64,000 nt of DNA from Negativicutes bacterium (lineage in GTDB: Bacteria; Bacillota; Negativicutes; UBA1444): the NCBI GenBank assembly GCA_963665275.2, contig CAXXIN010000004.1, forward strand, positions 1 through 64,000, in the 5' to 3' direction. Shown one piece after another: positions 56,902 through 64,000 of the stretch. Numbering within the stretch: the first letter of the stretch is position 1; each line of letters begins with the position of its first letter. The position numbers and the translations under genes are program-made. Below the pieces are notes generated by a model, which saw only the letters and a list, made by a program, of their open reading frames with translations, did no database searches and was not told where the DNA came from.

Positions 56902-57972
56902 TCAATCGCTATTGCTTCTATAGGCTGGAAAGTAAGAACCACCAACATCCCATACTTTTCCGTGCTCCATTTCATGGTTTCTACGTTTTTCGCAAAGAGT
57001 TTGATATTTTATAGGATCAAAAACCTGTTTTCCAACCATAAAAGGAACAACACCAGAGGGCGCAAACTTCTTTTTAAATTGAAATACCCCGTCATATCCA
57101 TCATATCCCCCGCCAAGGACACAAGTTTTTTTCCCATGCTCGATGCCCCAACGAAATACGGCCGTCATCAAAAGCTGATTGGGATGAAATTTAAAATAAC
57201 TCTCGTCAGTTCCAGCAAGGTAATAGTAAATATTTTCCTGGGACACCAACACCAAGTACGAAGATATCGCTTCTCCCTGATACATTGCGTGGGCTAGAAA
57301 AAATTGTCCGGGTAGCTGTGTGGTGATTTTGCGAAAAAACTCCTCTGAAAAATAGTATTGTTGTATTGCATTATGTCGCTGCATCGTTTGGTAATATAGG
57401 CGGATAAAGCTTGAAAGACCTTCACCGGTTTCATCGAATTCCACAGTAATTCCACTTTGCTCTGCCCGTCTGGAACGAGTCCTAACTATGTAATCATAAT
57501 CCTGCCAAATCCCCTCCTTTCCCTCTACCAAAGAACGGATCACATTATTCCCGCTCGCCTCCACCACGCCGACAAATTTACCGATATCGGCAGCATAGGG
57601 AGAAAAACGAAAAAATGCAGTAATTATGTTTGACTCGACTGCCCATTTTTGAAGTTGATGCCAAAACGCTTCCATATCATATTGCCCTGTCACATACGGT
57701 CCTCCAAAACCATAGGGCTCCACCACATCAAAATGCTCACTCTCTGCTCCTGCCCACCCTTCCGCCGAAAGTGGGCGCACGATCAGCGGCAACAAAATTT
57801 TTCCATCTGCGGTTTCCTGTACTGCGCAAACCGCGCGATCACATTCCCTGGTAAACAGTTTGGCATACTCCGGATGGGCGAACACTTCGTGCAATGGCCA
57901 CTCCGACCATGTACGAAGCCAGGATTCATAGTCTTCGCTATTGGCGGCGTCTAAAATACTAAACAACTTCAT
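56902..57972 (-). CDS. FemAB-like/GNAT acyltransferase, paralog 2
   Basis: PYGFGGP, F.RF.P, FIRLYYQTM..YYFS, PNQLL, LGGG..VFQFKKKF, FPAYR; ATG after AAGGAG. Confidence 0.8.
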   Translation of the reverse strand: MKLFSILDAANSEDYESWLRTWSEWPLHEVFAHPEYAKLFTRECDRAVCAVQETADGKILLPLIVRPLSAEGWAGAESEHFDVVEPYGFGGPYVTGQYDMEAFWHQLQKWAVESNIITAFFRFSPYAADIGKFVGVVEASGNNVIRSLVEGKEGIWQDYDYIVRTRSRRAEQSGITVEFDETGEGLSSFIRLYYQTMQRHNAIQQYYFSEEFFRKITTQLPGQFFLAHAMYQGEAISSYLVLVSQENIYYYLAGTDESYFKFHPNQLLMTAVFRWGIEHGKKTCVLGGGYDGYDGVFQFKKKFAPSGVVPFMVGKQVFDPIKYQTLCEKRRNHEMEHGKVWDVGGSYFPAYRSNSD

Positions 57973-58014
57973 GCTATTGCTCCTTTGACACAGACTGTGG
58001 CGCCCCATGTTAAA

Positions 58015-59088
58015 TCATCCTGCACGATAAGCCGGAAAAAAGGTTCCAGTATCAGTCCAAAGTTGTTCATGTTCCGATTCATAGTTCTTGCGTTTTGCAC
58101 ATAGAGATTGATATACAACTGGATCAAAAATATGCTTTCCGATCCGGTATGGAACTACACCTGACGGTGCAAACTTCTTCTTGTACTGAAACACTCCATC
58201 ATATCCTTCATGTCCACCGCCAAGAACACTGCTCTTTTTCTCCTGTTCTATTCCCCAATTGAAAATATGCGTATCTAACAACTGATTGGGATTTAGTTTT
58301 AAAAAAGCGTCATTAACTCCGCCCAAAAATGGATAAATGTGATCGTGAGAAGAAAGCACCATCTTGCTGGCAATCACTTCACCCTGATAGATCGCATGAG
58401 CTAGGAAAAATTGTCCGGGCAGCCGAGTGGTTATTTTGTGAAAAAACTCAACAGGAAAATAATATTGTGATGCAGCATTGCACCGTTGCATCGTCTGGTA
58501 ATACAGACGGATAAAATCCGGGAAACTTTCACCAACTTCGTCGAACTGCACAGTTATCCCACTCTTTTCAGCGCTTCTCACGCAAGTCCGAACCGCATGT
58601 TTATAATCTTTCCAAATTTCATCCCTTCCCTCTGTCAATGACCGGATCACATTTCCCCCACATATTTCTACCGTGTCAATAAATTCGCCGATATCGGCTG
58701 CATAGGGAGAGAAACGGAAAAACGCGGAAATCACGCCCGCCTCGACTGCCCAATTTTGCAATTGACGCCAAAACTCTTCCATATCATATCGCCCCAGCAC
58801 ATAAGGACCGCCAAATCCATAGGGCGCCACTACATCAAAATGATTATCGTCTTCTCTCGTCCACTCTTCTGCCGACAGTGGTCGCAGGATGAGCGGCAGC
58901 AGAATGAGTCCCTCAGCATTTTCCTGCACAGCACAGATTGCGCGATCACATTCCCTGGAAAACAATTTCACATACTCCGGATGAGCAAACACTTCGCGCA
59001 ATGGCCACTCCGACCAGGTACGAAGCCAGGATTCATAGTCTTCGGTATTAGCGGCATCTAGCAGGCGAAATTCCTTCATTTTTTCCAC
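58015..59088 (-). CDS. FemAB-like/GNAT acyltransferase, paralog 1
   Basis: Same motifs as the neighbour; visibly highly similar (EDYESWLRTWSEWPL.EVFAHPEY.KLF.RECDRA.CAVQE). Confidence 0.8.
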   Translation of the reverse strand: MEKMKEFRLLDAANTEDYESWLRTWSEWPLREVFAHPEYVKLFSRECDRAICAVQENAEGLILLPLILRPLSAEEWTREDDNHFDVVAPYGFGGPYVLGRYDMEEFWRQLQNWAVEAGVISAFFRFSPYAADIGEFIDTVEICGGNVIRSLTEGRDEIWKDYKHAVRTCVRSAEKSGITVQFDEVGESFPDFIRLYYQTMQRCNAASQYYFPVEFFHKITTRLPGQFFLAHAIYQGEVIASKMVLSSHDHIYPFLGGVNDAFLKLNPNQLLDTHIFNWGIEQEKKSSVLGGGHEGYDGVFQYKKKFAPSGVVPYRIGKHIFDPVVYQSLCAKRKNYESEHEQLWTDTGTFFPAYRAG

Positions 59089-59091
59089 CTT

Positions 59092-60180
59092 CTATAAATT
59101 TATGCACTCGGACAAAATAACGACTACTCTGTCCATATCTGCCAAACTATACCGACCATCACATTGCACAGCCAAAATCCTTTCAGATATCTCAAATGAT
59201 CTCTCCTCGCTCCATGGAGAGCTTATCCGTTCCAATGGCCAAATAACGGCAGGATATACAGATCGTTCAATTAATCGCTGCTTAACCCGCTCCCGTTCTA
59301 GCCGCGAAGAAAGCAGCATTGTCAAAATGAATGGACATGAATCAGCGCCATGTGGCTCAAGAATGCGCAGGTCTGGTGAGCAGCTCAACTTTTGAAGCAT
59401 ATGGCGATGGTTTCTCGAACGTTGCTTGCGCCACACTTTCCAAGGAAAGATCTTCAACATTTCTCTGGATAAGGAACTAACGGCTTTTCCGTCATTATTT
59501 CCTTGCAATGCCAATTGCGCAACTTTTTTCTTTGCCTGATCAAACAGAGAAATATAACTATTTTTTTCGAATGGAGCCCCTGCCAAATAATTCGTTTTTA
59601 GTACCATCGCCCCTAGTTTTTCACTGATTTCCGCAGCCGATCTATCGTTTTCTAGCGGATCTGGAGCAAGTGGTGAACCATTATTCGACCATACTGCTCC
59701 GCCATCAGGAATAGGAAGTACCTTCCTGTAAGATGCGATACAATAGTCCGCCCTACTTTCCATTGCCCAGGGACTCCAGGGATCGTGAGTATGATCTTCG
59801 ATAACTGGGATCCCCAGTTGATAAAAACCGGCATAATCTTCCTTGGATTTGATGCCAAAGAAATTGACAATAAATATTGCATCTCCAGGTGCAATATTGG
59901 TCGGAACCGAAGCCGGATCGAAGGGAGTATCGAAATAGAAAGCAGTTTCGATGCCAGTAGATTCAATAGCTGCCACTACTTCCGGACAATTGTAAGTAGA
60001 TATCCACAGTCTTTTCCACCCCATCCCAAGCATCGCAAACTTTATTGTGTCCGCAAGGGCTGTGCGACCGAGCGAATAAAGGTGGGCATGAGCTGGATGT
60101 GCTGGTTCATTGGAAAAATTCGACAGATTCATCCAATGAAATTCACTGCCTGACTCCCATGGTTTTAGTTTTGCGGACAT
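59092..60180 (-). CDS. Divergent DegT-like PLP-dependent protein
   Basis: GSEFH, GRTAL, VNFFG, IEDHTH, ASYRKVLPIPDGG, CDGRYS..DM. Confidence 0.65.
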   Translation of the reverse strand: MSAKLKPWESGSEFHWMNLSNFSNEPAHPAHAHLYSLGRTALADTIKFAMLGMGWKRLWISTYNCPEVVAAIESTGIETAFYFDTPFDPASVPTNIAPGDAIFIVNFFGIKSKEDYAGFYQLGIPVIEDHTHDPWSPWAMESRADYCIASYRKVLPIPDGGAVWSNNGSPLAPDPLENDRSAAEISEKLGAMVLKTNYLAGAPFEKNSYISLFDQAKKKVAQLALQGNNDGKAVSSLSREMLKIFPWKVWRKQRSRNHRHMLQKLSCSPDLRILEPHGADSCPFILTMLLSSRLERERVKQRLIERSVYPAVIWPLERISSPWSEERSFEISERILAVQCDGRYSLADMDRVVVILSECINL

Positions 60181-60716
60181 GGTTTCGCTCCCTGTCCCCA
60201 GTTTCTTCTAAATAGTGCCAGCATATGAAAGTCCAGGTATTGTCCATTGCGATACTTGGCTTCGCGTAAAACGCCCTCGGATTCAAAACCGATTTTGCGA
60301 AGCAGACCCAGGGCAATAGCATTGCTTGACAACACTTTCGCCCGGATCTTCCTGAGATTCATTTGTTGGAAAGCGTAATCAAGCACACTGCCAATAATCG
60401 CTTCACCCAATCCTTTGCCACTGAACGCCGCCTGTCCGATACAGATATCGATTATTGCCACACCATTTCGTGAATTAATCTCACTTAATCCGCAGTGTCC
60501 GATACAGTTATCGTTCGCATCAACGATTGCCCATACAATATCTGTCGAGCTCTTTCTCTGGCGTTCGACCCATTCCAGCAAGTCGTTCCGGGAATATCCC
60601 TTGGAAAACTGTGTCAGCGCTGCTGCGATTTCAGGGTCATTCCGATACTGATGCATTGCTTCGCTATCCGACGGTTCTGGGCGGCGCAAGTAAATTTGTT
60701 CAGTGATTTTCAACAA
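60165..60716 (-). CDS. RimJ/RimL-type GNAT N-acyltransferase (PseH-like), copy 3
   Basis: LRRPEP, YRNDPEI, CIGHCGL, GKGLG, YAFQQMNLRKI, GFESEGVLRE. Confidence 0.88.
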   Translation of the reverse strand: MLKITEQIYLRRPEPSDSEAMHQYRNDPEIAAALTQFSKGYSRNDLLEWVERQRKSSTDIVWAIVDANDNCIGHCGLSEINSRNGVAIIDICIGQAAFSGKGLGEAIIGSVLDYAFQQMNLRKIRAKVLSSNAIALGLLRKIGFESEGVLREAKYRNGQYLDFHMLALFRRNWGQGAKPCPQN

Positions 60717-60754
60717 AGAGTTCCTCCCCCTTTCCCTTGGCTTGAATGGTCACG

Positions 60755-61303
60755 TCAAGCTGGTAAGCATCTTACCGCATCAGGGTTCCAATCGCATCGA
60801 AACAGACCAAAGACATGCATATCCACGTACAGTCCATTCCTGTATTCTTGTTCTCGCAAAACACATTCTTCCTTGAATCCAAATTTTTTGGTGAAATTGA
60901 TTGATAATTTGTTGGTGTTAAGTACTTCAGCCGTGATTTTTCTCAACTTCAGCTCCACGAATGCATAATTCAACACTGCTTTCATAATGGCCCGGCTTTG
61001 CCCTTTCCTGAAAGCTGCATTGCCGATGCATACGGCAATATCGGCCATGCCGGTGTCCGAATCAATTTTGTATAAGCCGCAGTGCCCAATACACCGGTCC
61101 TCCGCATCAGCGATCACCCATATACGATCATTTTTTCTATTTCGTTGCTGCTCGACCCACTCCAGCATGTCTTTGCGGGAAAACCCTTTCGAGAAGCCTT
61201 CTAACGCCGATATGATATCAGGGTCGTTACGATACTGGTACATCCTTTCTGTGTCTTTTGCTTCAGGGCTACGCAATGTAATTTGTTCATTGATTTTCAG
61301 CAA
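60755..61303 (-). CDS. RimJ/RimL-type GNAT N-acyltransferase, copy 2
   Basis: YRNDPDII, CIGHCGL, YAFVELKLRKI, GFKEECVLRE; TTG start after a GGGGGAG RBS. Confidence 0.88.
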   Translation of the reverse strand: MLKINEQITLRSPEAKDTERMYQYRNDPDIISALEGFSKGFSRKDMLEWVEQQRNRKNDRIWVIADAEDRCIGHCGLYKIDSDTGMADIAVCIGNAAFRKGQSRAIMKAVLNYAFVELKLRKITAEVLNTNKLSINFTKKFGFKEECVLREQEYRNGLYVDMHVFGLFRCDWNPDAVRCLPA

Positions 61304-61357
61304 AGATGTTCTCCCCCTTTCCATCTCATCTGAACGATCACATCAGCCTGGCATCCT

Positions 61358-61894
61358 TTAGAACAGATCCTGATTCCAGTCACGCCGAAACATACCGAAG
61401 ACATGCACATCCTCGTACTGTCCGTTTCTGTATTCTTGCTCGCGCAGCACACATTCTTCTTTAAATCCCAATTTCCGGGTGAAACTAAGTGATATTTTGT
61501 TCGAACTGAGTACATCGCCCCGGATTTTTCGCAAATTCAACTGTTCGAATGCGTAGTTTATCACCGCTACAATAACTTCCCTGCCGGTTTGTCCCCTTCT
61601 AAAGGAGGAATTACCTATGCATATCGCTGTTTCCGCCACGCCTGTAATCGAATTGATCTGATATAAGCCGCAATGCCCTATACAGTTATCTTCTGCATCG
61701 GCGATCACCCATACAATATCATCCGTGCTTTTTCTCTGGCGCTCGACCCACTCCAGCATGTCGCTTCGGGAATAGCCTTTTGAAAACGATCCCAGCGCCG
61801 CAACAATTTCAGGATCGTTACGGTATCGATACATCGCTTCAACATCTTTGGGTTCGGGGCGGCGTAATTGAATTTCTCCGATATTGATTGCCAT
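61358..61894 (-). CDS. RimJ/RimL-type GNAT N-acyltransferase, copy 1
   Basis: LRRPEP, YRNDPEI, CIGHCGL, YAFEQLNLRKI, GFKEECVLRE. Confidence 0.88.
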   Translation of the reverse strand: MAINIGEIQLRRPEPKDVEAMYRYRNDPEIVAALGSFSKGYSRSDMLEWVERQRKSTDDIVWVIADAEDNCIGHCGLYQINSITGVAETAICIGNSSFRRGQTGREVIVAVINYAFEQLNLRKIRGDVLSSNKISLSFTRKLGFKEECVLREQEYRNGQYEDVHVFGMFRRDWNQDLF

Positions 61895-61909
61895 TCTTCT
61901 CCCATCCCT

Positions 61910-62500
61910 TCAATTCGATCCGGAAAAATCCCCATATTCTGTTTCACCCGTACTGTTGCCATCGCTATGCGTAAATACTTTTAGAATGGTCAGCCAAAGA
62001 ATCCGCATATCCAAAGAAAAACTGTGATGATCCACATACCATACGTCCAATTCGAATTTTTCCTTCCACGAAACAGAGGTGCGTCCATTGATTTGTGCCC
62101 AACCGGTAATTCCCGGCTTGACGTTATGACGTCGAAACTGTTCTGCGCTGTAGAGCGGCAAATACTCCATTACTAAGGGCCGTGGCCCGACCAGGCTCAT
62201 TTCGCCTTTGATAACATTCACCAATTGAGGTAACTCATCCAAGCTGGTACGGCGTAAAAACTCTCCCAATTTTGTTACCCGCTGCTTATTAGGTAATAGT
62301 TTTCCAGTGGCGTCACAGTCATTTGTCATGGTGCGAAACTTATACATGCAAAATGGTTTCCCATACAATCCTGGCCTGACCGCTCTGAATATCACCGGAG
62401 AGCCTAGTCGCCACCGAACCACTATCGCAATGGTCAACAGGACAGGCGACAGCAATAATAGTGAAAGTGATGCAATAACCAGTTCAATCATCCTTTTCAT
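61910..62500 (-). CDS. Undecaprenyl-phosphate phosphoglycosyl transferase (PglC/EpsL-like)
   Basis: KFRTM, LRRTSLDELPQL, SLVGPRPL, KPGITGWAQINGR, LDVWYVD. Confidence 0.93.
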   Translation of the reverse strand: MKRMIELVIASLSLLLLSPVLLTIAIVVRWRLGSPVIFRAVRPGLYGKPFCMYKFRTMTNDCDATGKLLPNKQRVTKLGEFLRRTSLDELPQLVNVIKGEMSLVGPRPLVMEYLPLYSAEQFRRHNVKPGITGWAQINGRTSVSWKEKFELDVWYVDHHSFSLDMRILWLTILKVFTHSDGNSTGETEYGDFSGSN

Positions 62501-62525
62501 TTATTTGTCACCACCCGAATTCAAC

Positions 62526-63728
62526 TTATGACGATTTGGAAACCAGATCCCAAGAGAATTCAGCTTGCTTGTCCGTCAAACCCTTCAGTCCCATTGTCTG
62601 TAGAATGATGTGATTGACCTTGTTCTCATCGTACTGGGCCTCGGTAATTTCACGGCTTTGAATCCCCATGTCCGTTATCAGTTTAGTGTTTTGGATAAAT
62701 TTTTCCATTGCGATCGCTAACATCTCAGGGTCACGAACAGGAACCAAAAAACCATTGACGCCTTCAACAACCGTTTCCCTGCAACCCGGTGCATCGGAAG
62801 TGATGACCGGTCGCCCCATTGACATCGCCTCCACGATCGACTGCCCCCGCCCTTCACGATAAGAGGGCAACACATAAACGCTAGCGTCTGCAATATATGG
62901 ACGAACGTCATCTGTTGCCCCCTGGTACTCTACAATTCCTTCCTCTTGCCATTTCAATATATCACTGCGTTTAATGGCACTGGGGTTGTTGTCATAAGGT
63001 CCTACGATCCGCCAACTTACATCAGGATATTTCTTTTTTAACAACCGGGCAGCACTGACAAATTCACCGATCCCCTTGTCCCAAAGCAATCTTGCGATAA
63101 CCAGAAATACGATTTTATCTGTTTGGGGCTTTGTATTAGCAAAGTGGTCGATATTGACACCGGACCCATTTACGACAACCGCTTTCTGGCCACCAGGCAA
63201 TATATTTAATTTCTTAAACAGTTCAAGATCGTCAGGATTATGAAAATAGATTTGTTTGTTAAATTTGAAAGTCATTTTATATAGAAGGATAAGAATTTGG
63301 GCAAGTACTTTTTGTCGCCACGTTTCACCAATAAACACATATCCCAGTCCCGTAATCATGGAAAATATGTTCCTGACTCCCGCAATTCGTGCTGCCATGG
63401 ATCCATACACGACTGGTTTGGCTGTATAGGAAAAAACGATATCTGGTTTAAGTTCATTCATTTTTCGAGTTAAATAATACAGCGTGTGTAAATCACGCAG
63501 CGGACTTATTCCTGTGCGATTGAGAGGAATCGGCACATAAGCAACCCCTATGGCTTTCAATCTTTCCGAAACACTCTGAATCATGCTAGTCGCCATCTCT
63601 CCTGCCAAATCGGTTTCGGGAGCCATGGCAAAAACTTCATGCCCTTCTTCAACCATATTTTTAATCATGGCGAAACGAAACTTTACCAATGAATAAGCAT
63701 TGCCGCCAATAATCAAAATCCTGCCCAT
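62526..63728 (-). CDS. GT4 glycosyltransferase (PglA/Cap1E-like)
   Basis: YTAKPVVYG, ITGLG, NGSGV, ARLLWDKG, LPSYREG..EAMSMGRP, TSDAPGCRE. Confidence 0.92.
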   Translation of the reverse strand: MGRILIIGGNAYSLVKFRFAMIKNMVEEGHEVFAMAPETDLAGEMATSMIQSVSERLKAIGVAYVPIPLNRTGISPLRDLHTLYYLTRKMNELKPDIVFSYTAKPVVYGSMAARIAGVRNIFSMITGLGYVFIGETWRQKVLAQILILLYKMTFKFNKQIYFHNPDDLELFKKLNILPGGQKAVVVNGSGVNIDHFANTKPQTDKIVFLVIARLLWDKGIGEFVSAARLLKKKYPDVSWRIVGPYDNNPSAIKRSDILKWQEEGIVEYQGATDDVRPYIADASVYVLPSYREGRGQSIVEAMSMGRPVITSDAPGCRETVVEGVNGFLVPVRDPEMLAIAMEKFIQNTKLITDMGIQSREITEAQYDENKVNHIILQTMGLKGLTDKQAEFSWDLVSKSS

Positions 63729-64000
63729 AATGCACCCCCATCATCGATAAGTTCGGAATAATCTTGCGCGTGTTGTTGATACCAGTCGGATGCCTCTGCG
63801 AGTCCATCCTTGACGAAATGTGTCGGACTATAACCCAGAAACTGCCTTGCTTTGCTGATTTCAGCGTGTGAATGGCGAATTTCCCCGGGAAGAAAATTGC
63901 GATATTGAGGCGATCCCCAGACCCTAGCCGGATTCGATGATTCAAGCAAATCGCGAATCATTGAAAACAACTCCTGGAGTGTTGTTCTCTCGCCGCATGC
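63713..64000 (-). CDS. C-terminal part of an NAD-dependent epimerase (WbpP/TviC-like), truncated by the window edge
   Basis: ACGERTTLQELF..GEIRHSHAEISKARQFLGY.P..GL..WY. Confidence 0.8.
   Translation of the reverse strand, partial: ACGERTTLQELFSMIRDLLESSNPARVWGSPQYRNFLPGEIRHSHAEISKARQFLGYSPTHFVKDGLAEASDWYQQHAQDYSELIDDGGALWAGF

Overview
Chromosomal window, almost entirely minus-strand, from a Bacillota (Firmicutes) genome that also encodes outer-membrane machinery (an LptA/OstA-like protein and an Omp85/TpsB porin). This suggests a diderm Negativicute (inference). 1-12.7 kb: a frameshift-riddled EF-G2 paralog, cobalamin adenosyltransferase, ndk, M42 peptidase, htpX, motAB, feoAB, nif3, trmK and three tRNAs. 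12.8-36 kb: the conserved Firmicute block rpsU-yqeY-nfeD-floA-pgpH-ybeY-cdd-era-recO-[T-box]glyQS-ppsA-ccpN-ppsR-dnaG-rpoD. 36.5-44 kb: glycine cleavage operon under a tandem glycine riboswitch, a TyrR/GcsR-like sigma54 activator, and ald with a sigma54 promoter. 44-48 kb: EAL-HDOD, YbjN, MGDG synthase and a DEDDh exonuclease. 48-64 kb: an AT-richer surface-glycan locus with a secreted Thr-rich beta-helix protein, an orphan TpsB, Pgl-like enzymes and five tandemly amplified GNATs. Main highlights not visible in the ORF track: (1) a hidden 101-aa selenoprotein gene (24670-24975, in-frame UGA in a G-U-C motif with a SECIS-like hairpin); (2) a 593-aa SigA whose ~223-aa insertion appears to hold two extra region-1.1-like domains; (3) a TpsB plus beta-helix plus glycan-acylation module with a catalytically degenerate phosphoglycosyl transferase; (4) a probable ATA start codon for ppsR; (5) several small unannotated ORFs and a recurring sigmaH-like promoter motif. 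No CRISPR array, rRNA, transposase or integrase was seen.
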